From: Bacteroides sp. | GTDB lineage: Bacteria; Bacteroidota; Bacteroidia; G022818785 | Assembly (NCBI GenBank): GCA_022818785.1 | Contig: CP063811.1 | Coordinates: forward strand, 138,048 to 154,409 | Length of the DNA: 16,362 nucleotides | Direction: 5' to 3' | Translations under genes and position numbers: made by a program | The notes under the pieces: generated by a model | What the model was told of the DNA's origin: nothing | The model's database searches: none | Seen by the model: only the letters and a program-made list of their open reading frames with translations | Part shown: piece after piece, positions 1-8,598 of the stretch | Layout of the letters: each line of letters opens with the position of its first letter | Numbering within the stretch: the first letter of the stretch is position 1

Positions 1-1665
1 AAAAAATATAATTTAACTAAATTTAAAAAAACTAATCAAAATACATGTATTAACTTAAAACCTATAGTTAAAAAAGGTGATCATATTGTCAAAAATCAAG
101 TTATTTGCGAAGGATATTCAACTCAATCAGGTGAATTGGCATTAGGTAGAAATTTGAAAGTGGCATTTATGCCATGGCAAGGATTTAATTTTGAAGATGC
201 AATAGTTATTTCTGAAAATGTTGTTAAAAATGATTTATTTACTTCAATACATATTGAAGAATATGAATTAGATGTAAGAGATACAAAAAGAGGTAAAGAA
301 GAATTTTCTTATGATATACCTAATGTAAGTGAAGAATCTATTGGAAATTTAGATGAAAATGGAATTATAAAAGTAGGTTCTAATGTGAAACCTGGAGATA
401 TATTAATCGGAAAAATAACACCTAAAGGAGAAGTAGATCCTACACCAGAAGAAAAATTATTAAGAGCTTTATTTGGTGATAAAGCAGGAGATGTTAAAGA
501 TGCTTCGTTAAAAGCATCTCAATCTGTATATGGAACTGTTATTGATACTCAATTACTAACAAAAATAGATAAATCTAATTTTGATAATAACAAATTTAAA
601 AATGATATCAAATATTTAGATAACGAATATAACAATGAAGTTGTAAATCTTAAAGATAGCCTTACAGATAAAATTATCACATTATTAGATAATAATTTAA
701 ATATTGATTGTGAAATCAAAGATTTATCTGATAATATTATCTTTGATAAAGAAAAAACAATTACTAAAGATTTTTTATCAAAAATAGATTATAGTAATAC
801 TGATTTAAATTTTTTGTATAAAAAAAATAAATTAATAAATAAATTAATAAATAATTATTTATTAGAATTAAAAATTATTAATCATAAATATAAAAAACAA
901 ATATTTAGAGTTACTGTTGGTGATGATTTACATTCAGGTATTTTAAAAAAGGCTAAAGTAGTTATAGCTCAAAAAAGAAGATTAAAAGTAGGAGATAAAA
1001 TAGCTGGTAGACATGGTAATAAAGGTATTATTGCAAAGATTGTAAGACAAGAAGATATGCCATTTTCAGAAGATGGAGAGCCAATTGATATTATATTAAA
1101 TCCCTTAGGTGTCCCTTCTCGTATGAATATTGGTCAAATTTATGAAACAGTTTTAGGTTGGGCAGGTAAAATATTAAATGTTAAATTTTCAAGTCCTATT
1201 TTTGATGGAGCTTCATATGAAGAAGTTGATAAGTGGATTAATAAAGCAAATTTACCTAAATTAGGTGCTACTTATTTATATAATGGACTAACCGGAGAAA
1301 AATTTCATAGTCCAACTACAGTTGGTATAATATATATAATGAAATTAGGTCATATGGTAGATGATAAAATGCATGCTAGATCAATAGGCCCTTATTCTTT
1401 AGTAATGCAACAGCCTTTAGGAGGTAAATCTCAATTTGGAGGACAAAGAATAGGTGAAATGGAGGTTTGGGCTTTAGAAGCATTTGGAGCAGCCAATATT
1501 TTACGTGAAATATTAACTCTTAAATCTGATGATATATCATCTAGAGCAAAAACTTATGGTGCAATTGTAAAAGGTAAAACATTGCCAACGCCAAATGTGC
1601 CTGAATCTTTTAATGTTCTTGTACATGAACTTATAGGATTATGTCTTGAAATAAAATTCAAATGA
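1..1665 (+). CDS. rpoB: DNA-directed RNA polymerase subunit beta, C-terminal part (5'-truncated by the window edge)
   Basis: Frame +1 is open from base 1 (KKYNLTKFKKTNQNTCINLKP...GELALGRN), so the track start at 136 is not the real start. Motifs: GFNFEDAI, GDKIAGRHGNKG, NPLGVPSRMNIGQ, KLGHMVDDKMHARS, GGQRIGEMEVWALEA, PESFNVL. Stop is TGA at 1663-1665, directly upstream of rpoC. Confidence 0.99.
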   Translation, partial: KKYNLTKFKKTNQNTCINLKPIVKKGDHIVKNQVICEGYSTQSGELALGRNLKVAFMPWQGFNFEDAIVISENVVKNDLFTSIHIEEYELDVRDTKRGKEEFSYDIPNVSEESIGNLDENGIIKVGSNVKPGDILIGKITPKGEVDPTPEEKLLRALFGDKAGDVKDASLKASQSVYGTVIDTQLLTKIDKSNFDNNKFKNDIKYLDNEYNNEVVNLKDSLTDKIITLLDNNLNIDCEIKDLSDNIIFDKEKTITKDFLSKIDYSNTDLNFLYKKNKLINKLINNYLLELKIINHKYKKQIFRVTVGDDLHSGILKKAKVVIAQKRRLKVGDKIAGRHGNKGIIAKIVRQEDMPFSEDGEPIDIILNPLGVPSRMNIGQIYETVLGWAGKILNVKFSSPIFDGASYEEVDKWINKANLPKLGATYLYNGLTGEKFHSPTTVGIIYIMKLGHMVDDKMHARSIGPYSLVMQQPLGGKSQFGGQRIGEMEVWALEAFGAANILREILTLKSDDISSRAKTYGAIVKGKTLPTPNVPESFNVLVHELIGLCLEIKFK

Positions 1666-1688
1666 TATTGATTGATTAATTATATAAT

Positions 1689-4600
1689 ATGATAAATAAA
1701 AAATTAATTAGAACTGATGGTAGTTTTTCTAGTATTACTATTAGTTTATCTTCTCCAGAATCTATTTTATCTAAATCTAGTGGTGAAGTTTTAAAACCAG
1801 AAACAATAAATTACAGAACATTTAAGCCAGAACGAGATGGTCTTTTTTGTGAGAGAATTTTTGGTCCTATAAAAGATTATGAATGTGGATGTGGTAAATA
1901 TAAAAGAATTAGATATAAAGGAATTGTTTGTGATAGATGTGGTGTAGAGATTACAGAAAAAAAAATTAGAAGAGAAAAAATAGGTCATATTAATTTAGTG
2001 ATTCCTATTGTACATATATGGTATTTCAGATCTTTGCCAAATAAAATTGGATATTTAACAGGATTATCTTCTAAAAGATTAGAAATGATAATTTATTATG
2101 AAAAATATGTTGTAATACAAGCAGGAGTAAAAGAAAATGATGGTATTAAATATTTGGATTTTCTTTCAGAAGATGAATATATAGATATAATGAATTCTTT
2201 GCCCAAAGAAAATAAATATTTAGATGATACAGATCCTAATAAATTCATTGCAAAGATGGGTGGAGAAGCTCTTAAACATATATTAAAAAATATAGATTTA
2301 GATGATTTATCTTATAAATTAAGGCATCAAGCAATGAATGAAACATCACAGCAAAGAAAAAATGATGCATTAAAAAGATTAAATATTGTAGAATTGTTTA
2401 GAAATGCAAATAGTAGAATTGAAAATAATCCTGAATGGATGATTATAGATATTTTACCTGTTATACCTCCAGATTTAAGACCATTAGTGCCATTAGATGG
2501 AGGTAGATTTGCAGCATCTGATATTAATGATTTATATAGAAGAGTAATTATAAGAAACAATAGATTAAAAAGATTAATTGAGATTAAAGCACCAGAAGTT
2601 ATATTAAGAAATGAAAAAAGAATGCTACAAGAATCTATAGATTCTTTATTTGATAATTCTAGAAAAGCTAATGCCGTTAAAACAGAGGGAAATAGAAATT
2701 TAAAATCGTTATCTGATGTTTTAAAAGGTAAACAAGGAAGATTTCGTCAAAATTTATTAGGTAAAAGAGTAGATTATTCAGGTAGATCTGTAATAGTAAT
2801 AGGTCCAAATTTATCTCTTCATGAATGTGGATTACCAAAAGAAATGTGTGCAGAGTTATATAAGCCATTTATAATTAGGAAGCTTTTAGAAAGAGAAATT
2901 GTAAAAACTGTTAAATCTGCTAAAAAAATAATAGATAATAGAGAATCTATTGTATGGGAAATATTAGAAAATATTTTAATAGGACATCCTGTTTTATTAA
3001 ATCGTGCACCTACATTACATAGATTAGGGATACAAGCTTTTCAGCCTAAACTTATAGAAGGTAAAGCAATACAGTTGCATCCATTAGTTTGTACAGCATT
3101 TAATGCTGATTTTGATGGCGATCAAATGGCTGTTCATATACCATTGAGTAATGCTGCTATTGTTGAAGCTCAATTATTAATGTTAGCATCACATAATATA
3201 TTAAATCCTGCTAATGGTATGCCTATTACAGTTCCTTCACAAGATATGGTTTTAGGATTATACTATTTAACTAAAGAGTTAAAAAATAATAGTAATGTAA
3301 GAAAAAATACTTTTTATGATTATGAAGAAGTTAATATTGCTTATAATCACGGTATACTTAATTTACATTCTCCTATTAGAATGAGAGCATTTTGTTTAAA
3401 TAAAAAGGGATATCTTGAAAAATCTTTAATTGATACGACTGTTGGCCGTGTACTATTTAATGAATTGGTACCTGAAGAATTAGGATTTATAAATGAAGTT
3501 ATAACAAAAAAATCTTTAAGGGATATAATTAGCAAAATTATTTATAAAGTAGGAATTCCCAAAACAGTTGATTTTTTAGATAAAATCAAAAATTTAGGAT
3601 TTAAAAATGCTTTTGAAGGGGGATTATCTTTTAATTTAAAAGATTTAATAATTCCTGATAATAAATCAAAATTAATTGATGAAGCTAATGCAGAAGTTAA
3701 AGAAATATGGAATAATTATAATATAGGATTAATTACTAATAACGAAAGATATAATCAAATAATTGATATATGGACAAAAGTAAATTCTAATTTGACTGAT
3801 AATTTAATAGATATTTTATCAAAAAATCAAAATGGATTTAATTCTGTTTATATGATGATAGATTCTGGTGCTAGAGGATCTAAAGAACAAATTAGGCAAT
3901 TGTGTGGAATAAGAGGATTAATGGCTAAACCTCAAAAATCGGGTATAGGAGGAGAAATTGTTGAAAATCCTATATTGTCTAATTTTAAAGAAGGATTATC
4001 TGTATTAGAATATTTTATATCAACTCATGGAGCACGTAAAGGGTTAGCTGATACAGCTTTAAAAACTGCAGATGCTGGTTATCTAACTAGAAGATTGCAT
4101 GATGTAGCCCAAGATGTAATAATTACTGAATACAATTGTAATACATTAAGAGGTGTTTCTATATCTTCTTTAAAAGATAACGAAGACATAGTAGAACCTT
4201 TATATGATAGAATATTAGGTAGAGTAGCTTTAAATGATATATATGATCCTATTGATAATTCATTATATATTGAATCTGGTTGTGAAATCGATGAAATAAT
4301 AGCTGAAAAAATTGAAAATTCATCTATTGAATCAGTAGATATTAGATCAGTATTAACATGTGAATCTAATAAAGGTGTTTGTGTAAAATGTTACGGAAGA
4401 AATTTATCTTCAGGCAATTTAGTACAAATAGGAGAAGCTGTAGGAGTTATAGCTGCACAATCAATTGGAGAACCAGGAACACAGCTAACGTTAAGAACAT
4501 TTCATGTAGGAGGAACAGCTTCTAGTATAGCTGCTAAATCTCAAATTACAGCTAAATTTTCTGGAAAGTTGATTTTTGATTCCGTTAAATATGTAAATTA

Positions 4601-5945
4601 TATTAATAATGATGATATAGTAAATTGTATTACAATAAGTAGATCAGGAGAATTTAGAATTATAGATAATATAACTGGTAAAATATTAAAAAGTAATAAT
4701 ATTCCGTATGGATCGAATATTATGTTAAAAAATAATTCTTTTGTAAATCAAGGTGATGTTATATGCACTTGGGATCCATATAATGCAGTAATAATATCTG
4801 AAATATCTGGAGTAGTACGTTATGAATCCATAATAGAAGATATTACATATAGAGAAGAATCAGATGAACAAACAGGGCATAGAGAAAAGGTTATTATAGA
4901 TACAAGAGATAAAAGTAAAAATCCTGTTATTAATATATATAATGAACAAAATAAAGAAATTAAATCTTACAATATCCCAGTTGGAGCACATATCATAGTT
5001 AATCATGAAGATAAAGTGCATGCTGGACAAATATTAGTAAAAATACCTAGACTAACAGGTAGAACACGTGATATTACAGGAGGATTACCTAGAGTAACAG
5101 AGTTATTTGAAGCTAGAAATCCATCAAATCCTGCAATAGTATCTGAAATAAATGGAGTGGTAACTTTAGGTAGTATTAAAAGGGGTAATAAAGAAATTAT
5201 CATAGAATCTAAAAATGGTGATATAAAAAAATATCTTATTCCACTATCTAAACATATTTTAGTACAAAATAACGATTTTGTTAATTCTGGAGATCCTTTA
5301 TCAGATGGATCAATAACACCATCTGATATATTATCAATTAAAGGTCCTAGAGCAGTACAAGAATATTTAGTTAATGAAATACAAGAAGTATATAGACTAC
5401 AAGGAGTTAAAATAAATGATAAGCATTTTGAAGTAATTGTTAAACAAATGATGCAAAAAGTTATAATATCTGATCCAGGACATTCTAAATTTATAGAAAA
5501 AGAATGTGTTAATAAAAATGAATTTAATTTAGAAAATAATAGATTATATGATAAAAAAGTTATTTCTGATAAAGGTGATTCATTAAAATACAAAAATGGT
5601 CAAATAATTAGTTCAAGAGAATTACATGATGAAAATTCATATTTAAAAAAACAAAATGTTAAATTAATGCAGTATTCAGATGCAAAATCTGCCACTTCTG
5701 TTCAAATATTGCAAGGTATTACTAAATCATCTTTAGGAACAAAAAGTTTTATAGCCGCAGCATCTTTTCAAGAAACTACTAAAGTATTAAATGAAGCAGC
5801 AATAAGTGCAAAAGTAGATTCATTAGTAGGATTGAAAGAAAATGTTATTGTAGGGCATTTAATTCCTGCAGGAACAGGAATTATTGATTCTTCTAAAGTA
5901 GAAGTATATTCTAAAGATGAGTATAATACTTTTGTTGATAAGTAA
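1689..5945 (+). CDS. rpoC: DNA-directed RNA polymerase subunit beta'
   Basis: 1418 aa. [10 protein letters not shown]-terminal Zn site (CGCGKY...CDRCG), [10 protein letters not shown], catalytic NADFDGD, bridge helix STHGARKG...[15 protein letters not shown], trigger loop [41 protein letters not shown]. Confidence 0.99.
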   Translation: MINKKLIRTDGSFSSITISLSSPESILSKSSGEVLKPETINYRTFKPERDGLFCERIFGPIKDYECGCGKYKRIRYKGIVCDRCGVEITEKKIRREKIGHINLVIPIVHIWYFRSLPNKIGYLTGLSSKRLEMIIYYEKYVVIQAGVKENDGIKYLDFLSEDEYIDIMNSLPKENKYLDDTDPNKFIAKMGGEALKHILKNIDLDDLSYKLRHQAMNETSQQRKNDALKRLNIVELFRNANSRIENNPEWMIIDILPVIPPDLRPLVPLDGGRFAASDINDLYRRVIIRNNRLKRLIEIKAPEVILRNEKRMLQESIDSLFDNSRKANAVKTEGNRNLKSLSDVLKGKQGRFRQNLLGKRVDYSGRSVIVIGPNLSLHECGLPKEMCAELYKPFIIRKLLEREIVKTVKSAKKIIDNRESIVWEILENILIGHPVLLNRAPTLHRLGIQAFQPKLIEGKAIQLHPLVCTAFNADFDGDQMAVHIPLSNAAIVEAQLLMLASHNILNPANGMPITVPSQDMVLGLYYLTKELKNNSNVRKNTFYDYEEVNIAYNHGILNLHSPIRMRAFCLNKKGYLEKSLIDTTVGRVLFNELVPEELGFINEVITKKSLRDIISKIIYKVGIPKTVDFLDKIKNLGFKNAFEGGLSFNLKDLIIPDNKSKLIDEANAEVKEIWNNYNIGLITNNERYNQIIDIWTKVNSNLTDNLIDILSKNQNGFNSVYMMIDSGARGSKEQIRQLCGIRGLMAKPQKSGIGGEIVENPILSNFKEGLSVLEYFISTHGARKGLADTALKTADAGYLTRRLHDVAQDVIITEYNCNTLRGVSISSLKDNEDIVEPLYDRILGRVALNDIYDPIDNSLYIESGCEIDEIIAEKIENSSIESVDIRSVLTCESNKGVCVKCYGRNLSSGNLVQIGEAVGVIAAQSIGEPGTQLTLRTFHVGGTASSIAAKSQITAKFSGKLIFDSVKYVNYINNDDIVNCITISRSGEFRIIDNITGKILKSNNIPYGSNIMLKNNSFVNQGDVICTWDPYNAVIISEISGVVRYESIIEDITYREESDEQTGHREKVIIDTRDKSKNPVINIYNEQNKEIKSYNIPVGAHIIVNHEDKVHAGQILVKIPRLTGRTRDITGGLPRVTELFEARNPSNPAIVSEINGVVTLGSIKRGNKEIIIESKNGDIKKYLIPLSKHILVQNNDFVNSGDPLSDGSITPSDILSIKGPRAVQEYLVNEIQEVYRLQGVKINDKHFEVIVKQMMQKVIISDPGHSKFIEKECVNKNEFNLENNRLYDKKVISDKGDSLKYKNGQIISSRELHDENSYLKKQNVKLMQYSDAKSATSVQILQGITKSSLGTKSFIAAASFQETTKVLNEAAISAKVDSLVGLKENVIVGHLIPAGTGIIDSSKVEVYSKDEYNTFVDK

Positions 5946-5951
5946 AAAAAA

Positions 5952-6521
5952 TTATTTAATACAATTAAATTGATTCATAGATTTTATTATACCTTGGTGT
6001 ATAAAGCAATTTATTGCTTCAATACTTTTATTTATAGAGATTTTGAGTTTTTGGTTTTCATTTTCAGAAAAATCACTTAATACATAATCTTTTTGATTAC
6101 CTTTTGAAAAGTTATTGCCAATACCAAATCGTAATAAAGCATATTGATTATTTTTAAGTTGTTGATTTATATTTTTAATACCATTATGTTGAATATTATT
6201 TGTTTTATTTTTAAATTTTACAATACCAAAAGGTAAATATATTTCATCTGAAATTATAAGTATTTTTTCTATTGTTACTCGATATTTTACAATATATTTT
6301 CTTATAATATATCCACACTGATTTATATAAGAGTATGGTTTAATTAAATGAACTTTTTTGTTACATAAAATAATATGTCCATAATATATATCTCTATTAA
6401 AAGACATACTAATTTTATGTGATTTAGCAAACTCATCTATTATTAAAAATCCTATGTTATGTCTATTATTATAATATTTATTTCCTTTATTGCCAATGCC
6501 AATAATTAAATAATTATCCAT
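5952..6521 (-). CDS. pth: peptidyl-tRNA hydrolase (divergent)
   Basis: 189 aa. IIGIGNKG..Y..NRHNIGF (catalytic His), LIKP..YIN..G, SDEIYLPFG, HNG, LRFGIG, DYVLSDF, MNQFN. Lies directly downstream of rplY, the usual context. Confidence 0.95.
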   Translation of the reverse strand: MDNYLIIGIGNKGNKYYNNRHNIGFLIIDEFAKSHKISMSFNRDIYYGHIILCNKKVHLIKPYSYINQCGYIIRKYIVKYRVTIEKILIISDEIYLPFGIVKFKNKTNNIQHNGIKNINQQLKNNQYALLRFGIGNNFSKGNQKDYVLSDFSENENQKLKISINKSIEAINCFIHQGIIKSMNQFNCIK

Positions 6522-6530
6522 TACGCATTT

Positions 6531-7118
6531 TTATTTGTTCTCTTTTGATTGATTTTTATCAGATATCATTGCTTTAGACATAGCTATTTTCAAAATAGTA
6601 CTATTATTATCGTTTAATATTGAAATATTATCTGCTAATATATCTTTAATTTGAATAACATCTCCAATATTTAATTGACCAATATTTATTTTAAATTCTT
6701 GAGGTAAATCTTTAATTAATCCTCTTACATAAATAGATCTCATATTAATATGTAATTTGCCTCCTGATTGTATACCAGGTGATTTTCCAAAAATTTTAAT
6801 AGGAATATTTACTTTTACATTTGTTTCATTATTAATCATCATAAAATCTATATGAATAATCTGATCGCTAACAGGATGAAATTGTATATCTTGTATTATT
6901 GCGTCATATTTTTTTTGAGTATCATTAATTAATATATTAACTAATTTATTATTACAATTAGTTAAATCGGATATAAAATTATTATAATTAATAGAAAAAT
7001 GTATAACTGTATTTTTAGAATATAAAACACAAGGTATTAAAAAATTGTTTCTCAAATTTTTGAGATGTGATTTGCTAATAAATTTACGCAAGTTTCCATT
7101 AATGTTTATGTATTTCAT
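6531..7118 (-). CDS. rplY: 50S ribosomal protein L25 / general stress protein Ctc (long form)
   Basis: 195 aa. LR...LIPCVLY, IIQDIQFHPVSDQIIHIDF, PIKIFGKSPGIQSGGKL, LNIGDVIQIKD. Adjacent to pth. Confidence 0.96.
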   Translation of the reverse strand: MKYININGNLRKFISKSHLKNLRNNFLIPCVLYSKNTVIHFSINYNNFISDLTNCNNKLVNILINDTQKKYDAIIQDIQFHPVSDQIIHIDFMMINNETNVKVNIPIKIFGKSPGIQSGGKLHINMRSIYVRGLIKDLPQEFKINIGQLNIGDVIQIKDILADNISILNDNNSTILKIAMSKAMISDKNQSKENK

Positions 7119-7173
7119 TTTCTTAATATATAATATGCTTTGATAATATTTAAAAAATTAATAAGTATATAAA

Positions 7174-7244
7174 CTGCCCGACCAGGATTCGAACCTAGAC
7201 TAACAGAATCAAAATCTGTTGTACTGCCATTATACTATCGAGCA
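7174..7244 (-). tRNA. tRNA-Gln (anticodon UUG), 3' CCA not encoded
   Basis: Reverse complement folds by hand: TGCTCGA TA GTAT AATGGCA GTAC A ACAGA TTTTGAT TCTGT TAGT CTAGG TTCGAAT CCTGG TCGGGCA G. It has a 7-bp acceptor stem with U1:A72, a 5-bp anticodon stem with loop TT-TTG-AT, a TTCGAAT T-loop and discriminator G followed by TTT. Confidence 0.97.
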
Positions 7245-7313
7245 TAACATATTTTTTTTGTATATTGCTTTTTTAAAAAAAAGATACTACTAATTTATAA
7301 AAAAAAAATTGTT

Positions 7314-7868
7314 ATGAATCAAAAAAATGAATTTATTTTTTTACAAGATAAAATAGATAATGTTTTTTTAAAAAATAGAAAAATATTTATTTGGGGTACA
7401 ATAAATGATGTATTGGCTGAATCAGTAATTAAAAAAATTTTATATTTAAATTATGAAAATAAAGATAATGATATAATATTATTGATTAATAGTGTAGGGG
7501 GTAGTATCGTCTCTGGATTAGCTATATATGATATTATTAAAAGTATAAATAATAAAATTTCAACAGTTTGTATGGGTTTATGTGCTTCTATGGGGTCTAT
7601 TCTATTATCATCAGGTAATAAAGGGAATAGATATATTTATAAATATGGAAAAGTAATGATACATCAACCTTTAGGAGGAATATCTGGAACATCATCAGAT
7701 ATAGAAATACAAGTTAAAGAAATTATAAAATCAAAAAACATAGCAAATGAAATTTTATCGATAAATTGTAATAAACCTATTAATAAAATTAATAGAGATT
7801 GCGATAGAGATTACTGGATGAATTCAGAAGAAGCTAAAAAATATGGAATAGTAGATCATATAATATAA
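7314..7868 (+). CDS. clpP: ATP-dependent Clp protease proteolytic subunit (short RKIFxWG-type)
   Basis: 184 aa. INSVGGS, CMGLCASMGS (catalytic Ser), VMIHQPLGG (His), DRDYWM (Asp), EEAKKYGIVD. Confidence 0.96.
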   Translation: MNQKNEFIFLQDKIDNVFLKNRKIFIWGTINDVLAESVIKKILYLNYENKDNDIILLINSVGGSIVSGLAIYDIIKSINNKISTVCMGLCASMGSILLSSGNKGNRYIYKYGKVMIHQPLGGISGTSSDIEIQVKEIIKSKNIANEILSINCNKPINKINRDCDRDYWMNSEEAKKYGIVDHII

Positions 7869-7883
7869 TAAACAATAAATATC

Positions 7884-8135
7884 ATGAAAAAAAATATTCA
7901 CCCTAAAAATTACAGATTAATTATTTATCAAGATACATCAAGTGATTACTCATTTTTAACTAGATCATGTGTTAATACCAATGATACTATTATATGGCAT
8001 GATGGAAAAAAATATCCTTTATTTAAGGTTGAAATATCAAGCAAATCACATCCTTTTTATACTGGAGAAAATAAATTTATAGATACCGCTGGAAGGATAG
8101 ATAAATTTATGAAAAAATATAACATAAAAAAGTAA
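7884..8135 (+). CDS. rpmE2: 50S ribosomal protein L31 type B (no zinc ribbon)
   Basis: 83 aa. MKKNIHP..YR...[29 protein letters not shown]. No CxC/CxxC zinc motifs. Confidence 0.97.
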   Translation: MKKNIHPKNYRLIIYQDTSSDYSFLTRSCVNTNDTIIWHDGKKYPLFKVEISSKSHPFYTGENKFIDTAGRIDKFMKKYNIKK

Positions 8136-8336
8136 TTACTTATTTAAAAATTTAATAAAAAATATAAAAAAACTAGTCATAATGGAATGTTTTAATACAT
8201 GTAAAGTAATTATACCAAAATGTTTTAAACTAAATAAAGCAAAATGATATAATATAAAGTGGTGTATTACAATTGATAAATATGTATTTATGTAATTAAA
8301 TATATCTGTTTTATTATAATTGATTTGTTCAATCCA

Positions 8337-8347
8337 TTTTTTTTTTT
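8337..8347. repeat. T11/A11 homopolymer at the second mreD frameshift
   Basis: aatcca-ttttttttttt-ata. Longest homopolymer I found in the window. The MreD C-terminal frame opens inside it, after TAA at 8348-8346. Confidence 0.9.
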
Positions 8348-8504
8348 ATAAAAATTATATATTAAAACTTTATAAAAAGTCATACATATACAAGCCATGC
8401 AATGTAGTCCCATTGTATTATCGAAAATATCAATAATACAGCCTAATAAAAAAGCTATCATATAAAGTTTTAAAAAATTATGATCAATTGTAATGTATGT
8501 AATA

Positions 8505-8519
8505 ATATATATATATATA
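8505..8519. repeat. (AT)7A dinucleotide microsatellite at the first mreD frameshift
   Basis: atatatatatatata. Adding one AT unit joins the N-terminal MreD frame to the middle frame. Confidence 0.85.
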
Positions 8520-8598
8520 GGGAACATATATTCCGTATAATTTCATATTATTACATAAAAGTACCTGTATCATATATATAATTATATACGTACTTAAC

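Noticed and set aside
550-900. N/K/D/I-rich stretch in RpoB as an intein or foreign insertion
   Set aside because: No intein splice motifs. It falls where RpoB carries a variable lineage-specific insertion and is explained by AT-biased drift.
1663-1665. UGA-to-Trp recoding (genetic code 4), as in some AT-rich symbionts
   Set aside because: TGA ends rpoB and mrdA at the expected C-termini, and the long ORFs are intact under the standard code with TGG for Trp. Reading through the mreD TGA at 8486-8484 hits TAA two codons later.
1791-5593. Minus-strand ORFs inside rpoC (1791-1988, 2327-2560, 2677-2868, 3347-3535 and the 196-aa 5003-5593)
   Set aside because: Antisense shadows of a conserved gene, rich in F/S/L/I as expected from reverse-complemented AT-rich codons, with no recognisable motifs.
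7268-7283. Inverted repeat CTTTTTTAAAAAAAAG between tRNA-Gln and clpP
   Set aside because: Nearly all A/T with negligible stability, and it sits in a divergent spacer where no terminator is expected.
8288-8527. 79-aa ORF as an independent hypothetical membrane protein
   Set aside because: It is the middle segment of the frameshifted mreD. MreD-like sequence continues on both sides in another frame.
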